Source of the DNA: Candidatus Sumerlaeaceae bacterium
GTDB lineage: Bacteria > Sumerlaeota > Sumerlaeia > Sumerlaeales > Sumerlaeaceae
Assembly: GCA_049968255.1 (NCBI GenBank)
Contig: JBMFRB010000004.1
Location: 228,986 to 292,985 of the forward strand
Direction of reading: 5' to 3'
DNA length: 64,000 nucleotides
Shown here one piece after another: positions 1 through 9,373 of this stretch (the first letter of the stretch is position 1; each line of letters opens with the position of its first letter). A program made the position numbers and the translations under genes. A model generated the notes under the pieces. The model was not told the DNA's origin. It searched no databases and saw nothing but the letters and a program-made list of their open reading frames with translations.

Positions 1-43
1 CACGACTGGTGTCCTTGCGATTTATAAACGATAGTGGGCGACG

Positions 44-1177
44 ATGACTTCGGATATCAGTTTCCTGAAAACCGATGAAATGCTTGTGAACATGGGGCCG
101 CAGCACCCATCCACGCACGGCGTTCTGCGCGTGGTGGTTCGCACGGATGGCGAAGTGGTACGCAAAGCGGTTCCTCACATTGGTTATCTCCACCGGTGTA
201 AGGAGAAATGCGCGGAGGCGGTGACCTATTCGCAATTCATTCCTTACACTGATCGGATGGACTATCTCGCTTCGATGTCGAACAACTTCGCGTTCTGCTG
301 GGCGGTCGAGAAGCTCGGCGGTATCGAAGTGCCGGAACGCGCGGAATACATTCGCGTCATCGTGGCCGAACTGCAGCGCATCGCATCCCACCTTGTTGCG
401 TTCGGCACATATGGCTTGGATTTGGGAGCGGTCACGCCGTTTCTCTACGCGTTTCGCGAGCGCGAAAAAATTTTGGACATCTTTGAACGCATTTCCGGTG
501 CTCGTCTTACCTATTCCTATGGCCGCATCGGCGGCGTGATGCGGGATTTCGATCAAGTTGCCGTCGATATGACGCATCGGTTCCTGGATGATTTCGAGCG
601 CCGGTGGGAAGAGTACAACGCGCTGCTTACAGAAAACGAAATTTTCATCAAGCGCACCGCAAACATCGGCGTCATCCCGAAAGATCTCGCTATTGCTTAT
701 GGTCTAAGCGGGCCTTGTCTGCGGGCAAGCGGGGTTCGCTTCGACATTCGACGTGCTGAGCCTTATTCTGTCTATGATCGCTTCGAGTTTGACATCCCGG
801 TCGGCGAAGGCAAAATGGGAGCCGTGGGTGACTGCTGGGACCGCTATTGGGTCCGCATGGCTGAGATGAAAGAAAGTTGTCGGATCATACGTCAAGCTCT
901 CGATGCTCTTCCCGAGGGACCTGTGAGCAACCCAAAGGTTTTGCGCGTCTTAAAGCCAGCAGCTGGCGAAATTTACTTTCGCGCGGAGAACCCTCGTGGT
1001 GAACTTGCCTTCTACATCGTGAGTGTAGGGGAGAAAAAACCTTACCGTTGTCGTGTCCGTGGACCGAGTTTTTGCAACCTTAGTGTGCTAAGCGAGGTGG
1101 CCAAAGACTGTCTTATTGCCGATGTGGTCGCGATTATCGGTTCGATTGATATTGTGCTCGGCGAGTGCGATCGCTAG
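44..1177 (+). CDS. nuoD: NADH-quinone oxidoreductase subunit D
   Basis: NMGPQHPSTHGVLR, GYLHR, DRMDY, ENPRGEL and GSIDIVLGECDR motifs; no NiFe-binding CxxC pairs. Confidence 0.95.
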   Translation: MTSDISFLKTDEMLVNMGPQHPSTHGVLRVVVRTDGEVVRKAVPHIGYLHRCKEKCAEAVTYSQFIPYTDRMDYLASMSNNFAFCWAVEKLGGIEVPERAEYIRVIVAELQRIASHLVAFGTYGLDLGAVTPFLYAFREREKILDIFERISGARLTYSYGRIGGVMRDFDQVAVDMTHRFLDDFERRWEEYNALLTENEIFIKRTANIGVIPKDLAIAYGLSGPCLRASGVRFDIRRAEPYSVYDRFEFDIPVGEGKMGAVGDCWDRYWVRMAEMKESCRIIRQALDALPEGPVSNPKVLRVLKPAAGEIYFRAENPRGELAFYIVSVGEKKPYRCRVRGPSFCNLSVLSEVAKDCLIADVVAIIGSIDIVLGECDR

Positions 1178-1179
1178 TT

Positions 1180-2418
1180 CTACCACGGCGGCTGGGTGGT
1201 CTCAAACTCATGCAGCGCCTCCTCAAATACGGCTAGCACACCCTTGACATATTGTTCGACGGAGAAGCGTGCACGGCAATGCTCATAGGCCGCTTGCCCC
1301 ATGCGCTGCCGCAGCTGTGGCGCATAGGCCAGCTCCGTGACAGCGGCCACGAAATCTTCCAAATAATACCAGAACACTTTATCGTCGCGAGCCTGCTCAT
1401 TGCCGATCAAGATCCCGGTCTCATTTTGAATGATGAGCTCTTGGATACCACCGACGCGGCTTGCAATTGTCGGCACACCTGCAGCGGCAGCTTCGATCAC
1501 CACCCGACCGAACCCCTCGTCATTGCTTATCAATACGTGCAAGTCGAGCGCCGCAAAAATGTCGGCAATTCGTTCTTGGAACGACAAAAATTTCACACGG
1601 GACGCGACGCCTAATTTTTCTGCAAAGCTACGAAGCTCATCGGCATAATGCTGCTGCCCGGGACTCGGATCGCCAACGAAAAGAATATACGCGGAAGGAA
1701 CCTTCTGAAGAATGACGGGCGCCGCCTCGAGCAAAAACATCGGCCGTTTCCGCGGCATCAGCAGCCCAATGCTTCCGATGACAAAGTCATCTCGACCAAA
1801 GCCCAGTCGCTGCCGAGTGCGGTCCCGTCGTTTCCAGGCCTGCTCGAACTCCTCAAAATCAATCCCATTGTAAACCACACGCACTTTTTGCATAAACCAC
1901 GGTTCGCCACGAAAATCCTGCGCGGCCGCATGCGAGACGGCAATGAGACGGCTTGCCTCGCCTAGGAGGTAGTTCTCAGTCATGCGTGGCGTGACGGAGA
2001 GCCGATTATGCGTCACGATGGGTTGTCTTGGTTTGCCAAATTGGCGCTTTAGCGTGACGTTGCAAAAGAGTTCTTTCCAGAGGGCGGCCTTGGAACTCGC
2101 TGCCACCGCATGTGGATTTGGATAAATTTCATTGCAATGGATAAGGTCTATGGATTTTTCCACAAGCAGCTGTCGCAAATCTCTAACCCGGCTTGGAATA
2201 ATCTTCCATGCGTAGCCTTTGCGCCAAGGAGGAAGCTCGAGCGCAATCCAGGGCAGTTTGCGCCTGTCTAATTCTTCTGTCAGCGGACCTGGGCGCGGAA
2301 CAAGGACAAGCGGCTCAAATCGGCTTCCAGCGATTGCCTTCACGAGTGTCAGAAGACTGCGCCGCGCTCCAAGAAGCCGGACGCTTGGGGTGATGTGTAG
2401 CACTCGAATGTGTTTCAT
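1180..2418 (-). CDS. GT4 family glycosyltransferase
   Basis: GT-B motifs VVYNGID, K-R-P, and EGFGRVVIEAAAAGVPTIASRVGGIQE. Confidence 0.9.
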   Translation of the reverse strand: MKHIRVLHITPSVRLLGARRSLLTLVKAIAGSRFEPLVLVPRPGPLTEELDRRKLPWIALELPPWRKGYAWKIIPSRVRDLRQLLVEKSIDLIHCNEIYPNPHAVAASSKAALWKELFCNVTLKRQFGKPRQPIVTHNRLSVTPRMTENYLLGEASRLIAVSHAAAQDFRGEPWFMQKVRVVYNGIDFEEFEQAWKRRDRTRQRLGFGRDDFVIGSIGLLMPRKRPMFLLEAAPVILQKVPSAYILFVGDPSPGQQHYADELRSFAEKLGVASRVKFLSFQERIADIFAALDLHVLISNDEGFGRVVIEAAAAGVPTIASRVGGIQELIIQNETGILIGNEQARDDKVFWYYLEDFVAAVTELAYAPQLRQRMGQAAYEHCRARFSVEQYVKGVLAVFEEALHEFETTQPPW

Positions 2419-2448
2419 TGCTCCGTCTATTCGCCCAACGGGTGGGTC

Positions 2449-3180
2449 TTAGGCAAGCGGGTGTTTAAAAGCTTTGGCATGCTCACGTGGAAAACGCTCC
2501 GGCACATCGCCAACACGCTCCACCACAAAAAGCACTCGATCTTGGTGATCGCCGCCCAACCGATAGCGCACAGCCTCCCTCAACTCGGCGCCTAATTGTC
2601 CGAGCACCTTGGAAGTGCGCTCCGCTTCGGCGAAAGAAGCTTCCGTCTTAAAAAGAACAAGTCGCCCACCCTTCCTAAGTAGTGCCACACCAATCTCACA
2701 CAGCGAGGCAAATGCCCCAACGGCTCGGGCGGTCACGACGTCGAAAGTACCACGATGCTCAGAACGAGCCACCTGTTCAGCGCGCTGCGGGAGGACTTCC
2801 ACATTCTCAATACAGCAGTGCGAGACCGCGCGGCGAAGAAATGCCGCTTTCTTGCCAATGGATTCGACGGCATACCATCGGCAGGCGCTCATGGAGACCG
2901 CGAGGGGGATAACCGGAAAGCCGGCTCCCGCTCCTATGTCCGCTGCTTTGTGGCTTCCCGAGAACCAATATAACAATCTCAGCGGAGCCAACGAATCGGC
3001 GAAATGTAATTTTGCGATCGCTTGAGGATCACGAATTGCAGTAAGGTTATGACGCTGATTCTCCTCGATCAGATACGCCATAAACGTGGCTAAAGTTTCA
3101 ATCCGTGCGTCTTCTGACACCAGGTCTCGGATCCACGGCTCCGCAAGCAGATAGTTTCGGTATGTGACTGCTGTATCCAT
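2449..3180 (-). CDS. rsmG: 16S rRNA m7G527 methyltransferase RsmG (GidB)
   Basis: NLTAI, HFADSL, DIGAGAGFP, ES.GKK.AFL, RAE and VTARAV motifs; start moved to the ATG at 3180 (MDTAV) to avoid overlap with dnaE. Confidence 0.92.
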   Translation of the reverse strand: MDTAVTYRNYLLAEPWIRDLVSEDARIETLATFMAYLIEENQRHNLTAIRDPQAIAKLHFADSLAPLRLLYWFSGSHKAADIGAGAGFPVIPLAVSMSACRWYAVESIGKKAAFLRRAVSHCCIENVEVLPQRAEQVARSEHRGTFDVVTARAVGAFASLCEIGVALLRKGGRLVLFKTEASFAEAERTSKVLGQLGAELREAVRYRLGGDHQDRVLFVVERVGDVPERFPREHAKAFKHPLA

Positions 3181-3349
3181 TGAGTCGCAATGTTGGGCCA
3201 GAAGAGACGTATCCAAATGAACGAACGCAAGTCGGAAAAACGTTCCTATCCTGTTGCCAAAGAATATTGAAATTGAACCCCAGCTGCAGGGCGTAGTTTG
3301 ATGATCCGCAAAGCATGGCGATAGCCCTTTCTGTGTTGGAGAAACGGCG

Positions 3350-6300
3350 GTGAGCACACCTGAATTCGTTCATCTTCACTTGCATAGCGAGTACAGTCTT
3401 CTCGACGGCGCTTGCCGATTTGATTCGCTACCCAAACGTGTTGCGCAGCTGGGAATGAAAGCTGTGGCATGCACGGATCATGGCAATCTGTTCGGCGTGG
3501 TGAATTTTTATGATGCTTGCCTAGCCAATGGGATCAAACCCATCATCGGGGCGGAACTCTATATCACCCCGCGTAGTCGTTTAGAGAAAAGGGTCGAAGG
3601 AGAGCGGCGGACATCTGCCAATCATATCCTTATCCTCGCTGAGAATTCTGAAGGGTACGCAAATCTGTGCAAACTCTCATCTCTTGGCTTCCTCGAAGGG
3701 TTTTACGGAAAACCACGCATTGATTTTGAGGCCCTCGCCGCCCACGCCAAAGGACTCATTGTCACCACAGCTTGCCTCAAAGGCCTTGTGCCCGAGGCGC
3801 TGACCCAGCAAAATCTCAAGCAGGCTCAAGAGTACCTCGGCACATTTCGCGACATCCTTGGTCCCGATAATTTCTACGTCGAGCTCATGGACCATGGAAT
3901 TCCCGAGCAGAAAAAAATTCTGCCGCAGCTTGTCCAATTAGCTAAACGTGAAAAACTCCGCGTGATTGCGACCAATGATTGTCATTATCTGACGCGAGAA
4001 GATGCGCGAATGCACGATATTCTCCTCTGCGTGCAGACAGGCACAAAGCTGAGCGATCCCAATCGCATGCGCTACGAACCAACCGAATTTTACCTGAAGT
4101 CGCCCGAGGAGATGTACCAAATCTTTCGCGAGATTCCTGAAGCATGTCGCGAGACCGTTGCGATAGCAGAGCGTTGCAACGTTGAGCTCCAGTTCCAGCA
4201 AAAATTGCTACCCATATTCAAAACTCCGGATGGAAGCACACCGGAAGAGTATCTTCGTCGGCTCGCGCTCGAAGGGCTCGAGGCGCGCTATGGCACACCT
4301 ACAGAGGAGCATTTCAAGCGTCTCGAGCTTGAGCTCAACACGATATGCCGCATGAACTTAGCCTCGTATTTCCTCGTCGTATGGGATTTCGTTCATTACG
4401 CGAAGGTCAACCGCATTCCGGTGGGCCCGGGACGCGGTAGCGCCGCGGGCGCTCTCGTCGCTTACTGCCTTGGCATCACCGACATAGATCCGCTTCCGCA
4501 CAACCTGCTGTTCGAGCGTTTTCTCAATCCGGAACGTGTTTCGATGCCAGACATAGACATCGATTTCTGCTATGAAAAACGCGGGAAGGTCATCGAATAC
4601 GTCAAGCGCAAATACGGGGAGCGCAACGTTGCACAAATCATTACGTTCGGGACGCTCAAGCCTAAGAACGCAGTGCGTGACGTCGGGCGGGTGCTTGAAG
4701 TGCCGCTCGATAAGGTGGACCGCATTTGCAAGCTCATTCCCGACATGCTGAAGCCCGAAAAGGGAGAAAAGGCAATCGATCGCGCACTGCGCGATAGCCC
4801 GGAACTGAAAGCTCTCTACGATTCGGATCCCGAAGCGCGCCAAATCATTGACTACGCCAGACAGATTGAAGGCATGGCCCGCCACGCCTCCACCCATGCT
4901 GCGGGCGTTGTTATCTGCGACCGCGACCTGACGGACGTGCTTCCACTCTACAGGGTCACGGATAGCAACGACATTGTTACCCAGTTCCCCATGGGAATTG
5001 TCGAGCGTCTCGGCCTCCTAAAAATGGACTTCCTGGGGCTAAAAAACCTTACCATTATCGAGAACGCCCTGAAGAGCATTCACAAAAACTACGGGTTGGA
5101 GATTGATTGGCAGAAAATAGGTCTCGATGACCCTGCGACCTATAAACTTTTGCGTGAAGGCCGCACGCTTGGGGTTTTCCAGCTTGAATCCGAGGGCATG
5201 ACTAAACTCGTGCGCGAGCTTGCCCCCACCCGCTTCGAGGACCTCGTGGCGCTCCTGGCCCTTTATCGCCCCGGCCCTCTTGGCACCAACATGCATACGG
5301 AATTTGTTGAGTGCAAGCACGGCCGAAAAGAGGTCGTTTATGACCATCCTTCCCTCGAACCGATCCTGCGCGACACCTACGGCATGATTCTCTATCAAGA
5401 GCAAGTGATGCAAATTGCGCAGGTGCTAGCAGGCTTTAGCTTGGGTCAAGCCGACCTCATGCGGCGCGCTATGGGTAAAAAGAAAAAGGACGAGATGGCT
5501 AAGATCCGCAGCGATTTTATCGAAGGAGCTGTCTCACGCGGCGTGGATCGCCAACTTGCCGAGCAAATTTTCGAAAAGATCGAGTACTTCTCTGGTTACG
5601 GATTCAACAAATCTCACAGCGCCGCTTATGCACTCATTTCTTTTCGGACTGCATATCTAAAGGCGCACTTCCCAGTGGACTACCTCGCCGCGCTGATGAC
5701 GAACGCCATCGGCGACAAAATCGAAGAGATGGAAAAATACTTTTCCGAGGCAAACGAGATCGGCGTTCAAATTCTCCCGCCAGACATTAACGAATCGGAT
5801 AAATATTTTACCGTTAGCCACGGAAACATCCGGTTTGGGTTGGCTGCCATCAAAAATGTTGGAGCAGCAGCCGTCGAGGCCATCATCGCCGCGCGAGAAA
5901 AAGGTGGCCCATTCCGCAATTTCGTGGATTTCTGCGAGCGCGTGGATCTCGTTCTCCTCAACGCTCGCATGATGGACTCTCTCATCAAAGTTGGCGCTTT
6001 CGATTCGCTCGGTATTCGCCGAAGCCAGCTCCTAGAAACTTATCAACATGTTATTGAGCTAGTACAAGAGCGCAAAAAAGAGCGTGAGCTCGGGCAGGGC
6101 TCGCTGTTTGACATATTCGCCGTCGATAGCTCCGCAGAGGGCAATTCCGCTCTGAGCCTTGAGTCTTGGCAACTCCCCGATATTCCTGAAATCTCTGACC
6201 AGCAGAAAATGCAGTTCGAGAAAGAGCTCCTCGGCTACTACGTGAGCGGCCATCCTATGCAGGCCTACGAAGCGGACGTTGAGGCATTTGCAACGGCAAG

Positions 6301-6865
6301 TCTTGGCCGAATTACCGAGCGACAGAGAAAAATCGCTTCTTCAGAGGAGCAAGTGGCCGTCGTTGGCCGCGTGGAGAAAGTCACAAGAAAGACTGACCGC
6401 CAAGGCCGAAGCATGGCTTTTGTCGAGCTGACAGACACGTTCTCTTCGCTCGAAGCGATTTTTTTCGCTAGTGTCTATGCCCAGTTTGCCGACCTCCTTG
6501 TGCGCGATCAGGTGATCTGGCTGAGTGGAAGCCTCGACACGCGCAACGGCCAAGCCAAGCTCCTGGTACGTGACGTAGCCCCGATCGAAATGCTTCGCAA
6601 AACCCGCAAGTATGACGTGCAAATCCACGCACGATTTGAGAAGAAGTGGCCCGAGCGGGAGTGGCTCAGGGAGTTACTCAAACTCCTTGAGCGGCACAAA
6701 GGGCGCAGGCGAGTGACGTGTGTGCTCACTCTAGGTACACTCGGCGAACTATCGGCCGAGCTACCCAAAAAATGCGCTGTAGAAGTCAGCGACGATCTTG
6801 TGCTGGCACTTCGCAAGTTCCCCCATGTCACCAAAGTTCGCTATCTTCTGCACGAAAGTGAATAG
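3350..6865 (+). CDS. dnaE: DNA polymerase III alpha subunit
   Basis: PHP domain HLHLHSEYSLLDG/TDHGN, GPGRGSAAG, catalytic MPDIDIDF, YGFNKSH, C-terminal OB fold; normal length. Confidence 0.98.
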   Translation: MSTPEFVHLHLHSEYSLLDGACRFDSLPKRVAQLGMKAVACTDHGNLFGVVNFYDACLANGIKPIIGAELYITPRSRLEKRVEGERRTSANHILILAENSEGYANLCKLSSLGFLEGFYGKPRIDFEALAAHAKGLIVTTACLKGLVPEALTQQNLKQAQEYLGTFRDILGPDNFYVELMDHGIPEQKKILPQLVQLAKREKLRVIATNDCHYLTREDARMHDILLCVQTGTKLSDPNRMRYEPTEFYLKSPEEMYQIFREIPEACRETVAIAERCNVELQFQQKLLPIFKTPDGSTPEEYLRRLALEGLEARYGTPTEEHFKRLELELNTICRMNLASYFLVVWDFVHYAKVNRIPVGPGRGSAAGALVAYCLGITDIDPLPHNLLFERFLNPERVSMPDIDIDFCYEKRGKVIEYVKRKYGERNVAQIITFGTLKPKNAVRDVGRVLEVPLDKVDRICKLIPDMLKPEKGEKAIDRALRDSPELKALYDSDPEARQIIDYARQIEGMARHASTHAAGVVICDRDLTDVLPLYRVTDSNDIVTQFPMGIVERLGLLKMDFLGLKNLTIIENALKSIHKNYGLEIDWQKIGLDDPATYKLLREGRTLGVFQLESEGMTKLVRELAPTRFEDLVALLALYRPGPLGTNMHTEFVECKHGRKEVVYDHPSLEPILRDTYGMILYQEQVMQIAQVLAGFSLGQADLMRRAMGKKKKDEMAKIRSDFIEGAVSRGVDRQLAEQIFEKIEYFSGYGFNKSHSAAYALISFRTAYLKAHFPVDYLAALMTNAIGDKIEEMEKYFSEANEIGVQILPPDINESDKYFTVSHGNIRFGLAAIKNVGAAAVEAIIAAREKGGPFRNFVDFCERVDLVLLNARMMDSLIKVGAFDSLGIRRSQLLETYQHVIELVQERKKERELGQGSLFDIFAVDSSAEGNSALSLESWQLPDIPEISDQQKMQFEKELLGYYVSGHPMQAYEADVEAFATASLGRITERQRKIASSEEQVAVVGRVEKVTRKTDRQGRSMAFVELTDTFSSLEAIFFASVYAQFADLLVRDQVIWLSGSLDTRNGQAKLLVRDVAPIEMLRKTRKYDVQIHARFEKKWPEREWLRELLKLLERHKGRRRVTCVLTLGTLGELSAELPKKCAVEVSDDLVLALRKFPHVTKVRYLLHESE

Positions 6866-6873
6866 TCCTTTCC

Positions 6874-9000
6874 ATGAACAAGCCTGAAAGAACAGTGACG
6901 CCGTGGCACGATCTCGACGAAGAAATGTTATTGCGGCGAGGGGCATTCGTCGTCGCTCTGCTGGCGCTCGTTGTGAGATTAGCTTATTATGTCGAGCTCG
7001 CCTCGAAACCATATTTCGGCGTGCCCATCCTCGATAGTCGCTGGTGGTTAGACGAAGCGCAGCGTGTCGTCACATCCGGGTTTGCAGCAGGCAGAGCCTT
7101 TTTCCGCCCCCCTCTCTATACGTTATTTCTTGCCGGGGGAACAGCGCTTCTTGGCCGCGATACGACACTGATCGTCCCCCTTCTTCAATTACTCCTCGGA
7201 GTTGGCTTTTGCGTGGTCCTAGTTTTCCTCGGCACCAGAGTTTGCAATCCGCCCGCCGGCCTTGCAGCAGGGTGTTTAGCCGCACTCTACGCGCCACTTG
7301 TTTTCTATGAGGCAGAGCTCCTCAGTGATTCGCTCGCACTGTTCTGGTTGACGGTTTTTCTTTTTTTCTTTGTCGCTGGGCTCCAGCGTAGCAGGGCATC
7401 TCTGTTTTTTTTGGCCGGAGCATCCGTAGGGCTTGCTGCCCTCACTCGCGCTAATGCATTTCCCATCGGCTTGACATTTCTTGTCGGACTTCTCCTTGGG
7501 GGAAGTTGCCAAAGCCGTCGCGACCTGCGAATGCTAGGGGCCGGAGCGTTTGCAGCACCATTTCTCATTCTGGTCGCGCTCCCAACTTTGCACAATATCC
7601 GGATGGGCGATCCTGTGGTGATATGTGGCCAAGGCGGCATCAATTTTTACCTAGGCAACAATCCCCAAGCCAACGGCGCTAATGTAATTTTTCCCCGGCT
7701 TACTGAACAAGGTGCCCGCTATCGCGACGCGGTCGAGGAGTATGCCGTGCTCGGTTACTACGCGGCACAACACGGTTACGACCAAGCCATGCTTCGTTAC
7801 GCCGCCGGCGACCGTCCCCGCTGGAGCGACCTTGACCGTTATTGGTATCACCAAGGACTGGCCTTTTGGGTTCATCAACCAGAAGCGGCCTTCCGGCTCT
7901 ACGTAAAGAAGCTCGTCGCCCTTCTGAATAACCGTGAAGTTCGGAACAATCGGGACTTTCATTTCGCTCGCGAACACGAGTCTCTTGTTTTGCGCTTGCT
8001 TCCGTTTGGATATGGTATCGCATTGGCGCTAGGCGTTTGTGGACTTCTCGCACCCAGGGGCATGCACAAGCCAGGTTTCGGCTGGCTCATGCTTTATCTT
8101 GCTGCATCGTCTTCGACTGTGCTGCTTTACTTCGTTGCGGGCCGTCTTCGCCTCATTGTGTTACCCGCGCTTTTCATTTTTGCAGGTATAGGCGTCGAAC
8201 GATTGTTTACTGCGCTCGCGGAACGCCGTTGGCGCGAGGTGACACGATCGCTTGCGATCATCCTCTGTGTCGGTGCAGCTTCGCTTTATCCTTGGCCGCA
8301 ATTTGATTTTCGGTTCTCCGACGACCAGCTTTTCGGTAGTGGAATTGCCGCCACAGCGTTTCCGGCGGGAGAGTGGGCCATGCTCGCAAACGCATCCCTG
8401 GAAAATGGCCATCCAGAGGCAGCAATCCGTTATGCAAGTCAGGCCGTGACAGCTGAGCCCGGCTTTGCATTCGGATGGCTGGTGTTGGGCAATGCTGCCT
8501 TGGCGTTAGGTGATAACCCGATGGCGCTCGACGCATACAAACGGGCACTCAAGCTCGAACCAACGAGTCTGCGTACGCGCAACAATTTTGCTGTGGCACT
8601 GGAAAATATGGGAAAATATCAGCGTGCCGCAGAAGTCTATCTCGATGTTTTGCGCCAAGACCCCGCTGAACCACGTGCGAACGCAAACTTGTCAGCGTTG
8701 CTTTACAGATGCGGCGACAAGAGTGCTGCGCGCATGTTTGCCCAGATAGCGCTCGACAGTGAGCCAACACTGGCACCCGCGCGCGCTGTTGCAGCTCTGA
8801 CAGACCCAGTGTCCACAACGTCGCCTGCGAGCGTTATCAAGAACCTACCACAGGGATTGCTCGCCGAGCTGACGACACCATTACCGGAGCGGATTGATTT
8901 GACCTCTACGCGCCCGGTCGAGTCAATATTGGCTGAGCTCGAGGGAATGACCTCCGGCGCGCTTACGAGCAAAAAATACAACCACACTATGCAGCGTTGA
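6874..9000 (+). CDS. GT-C (PMT/ArnT-like) polytopic membrane glycosyltransferase with C-terminal TPR repeats
   Basis: About 12 hydrophobic segments, LDS..W and FFRPPLY motifs, GGINFYLGNNP loop; TPR-like helices (WLVLGNAALALGDNPMALDAYKRALKLEP). Confidence 0.75.
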   Translation: MNKPERTVTPWHDLDEEMLLRRGAFVVALLALVVRLAYYVELASKPYFGVPILDSRWWLDEAQRVVTSGFAAGRAFFRPPLYTLFLAGGTALLGRDTTLIVPLLQLLLGVGFCVVLVFLGTRVCNPPAGLAAGCLAALYAPLVFYEAELLSDSLALFWLTVFLFFFVAGLQRSRASLFFLAGASVGLAALTRANAFPIGLTFLVGLLLGGSCQSRRDLRMLGAGAFAAPFLILVALPTLHNIRMGDPVVICGQGGINFYLGNNPQANGANVIFPRLTEQGARYRDAVEEYAVLGYYAAQHGYDQAMLRYAAGDRPRWSDLDRYWYHQGLAFWVHQPEAAFRLYVKKLVALLNNREVRNNRDFHFAREHESLVLRLLPFGYGIALALGVCGLLAPRGMHKPGFGWLMLYLAASSSTVLLYFVAGRLRLIVLPALFIFAGIGVERLFTALAERRWREVTRSLAIILCVGAASLYPWPQFDFRFSDDQLFGSGIAATAFPAGEWAMLANASLENGHPEAAIRYASQAVTAEPGFAFGWLVLGNAALALGDNPMALDAYKRALKLEPTSLRTRNNFAVALENMGKYQRAAEVYLDVLRQDPAEPRANANLSALLYRCGDKSAARMFAQIALDSEPTLAPARAVAALTDPVSTTSPASVIKNLPQGLLAELTTPLPERIDLTSTRPVESILAELEGMTSGALTSKKYNHTMQR

Positions 9001-9071
9001 GAGCTGAATAACTCAACGCCAGTCGCGTATATTCGGTGCGGTTTCTTCACGCGCTCGCTGAGGTCAAACTC

Positions 9072-9147
<76 letters not shown>

Positions 9148-9294
9148 CCTCTCTCACCCCGCGGGGAAACCGTATTTCTTTTCGGTCGGCACTTCTCGGG
9201 GCGCCCGTGGCTGAGCTACTTTTCGGAATCCGAGACGAGGCCTGTTTTCTCTCCAAACATTCTGTTGTCCTTCGACCAAACAACGACTTATTAG

Positions 9295-9330
9295 AAAAAA
9301 CTGTGTCCTTTCCGGTGGGGAAAGGACGCA
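9295..9330 (-). terminator. Intrinsic terminator downstream of nuclease paralog 1
   Basis: Inverted repeat TGTGTCCTTTCC / GGAAAGGACGCA followed on the minus strand by a T6 run. Confidence 0.7.
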
Positions 9331-9373
9331 AAATGTTACTCTGGCCTAGATGTTGGCCACCACCCGCTGTGCG

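Noticed and set aside
44-1177. NuoD as a group 4 NiFe-hydrogenase large subunit
   Set aside because: Lacks the N- and C-terminal CxxC nickel ligands despite some scattered Cys residues
3350-6865. Inteins in DnaE (and in DnaB)
   Set aside because: Normal lengths, contiguous motifs and no intein splice signatures
9148-9175. CCCCGCGGGGAAACCG resembling a type I-E CRISPR repeat
   Set aside because: Single short palindrome with no repeat-spacer periodicity and no cas genes
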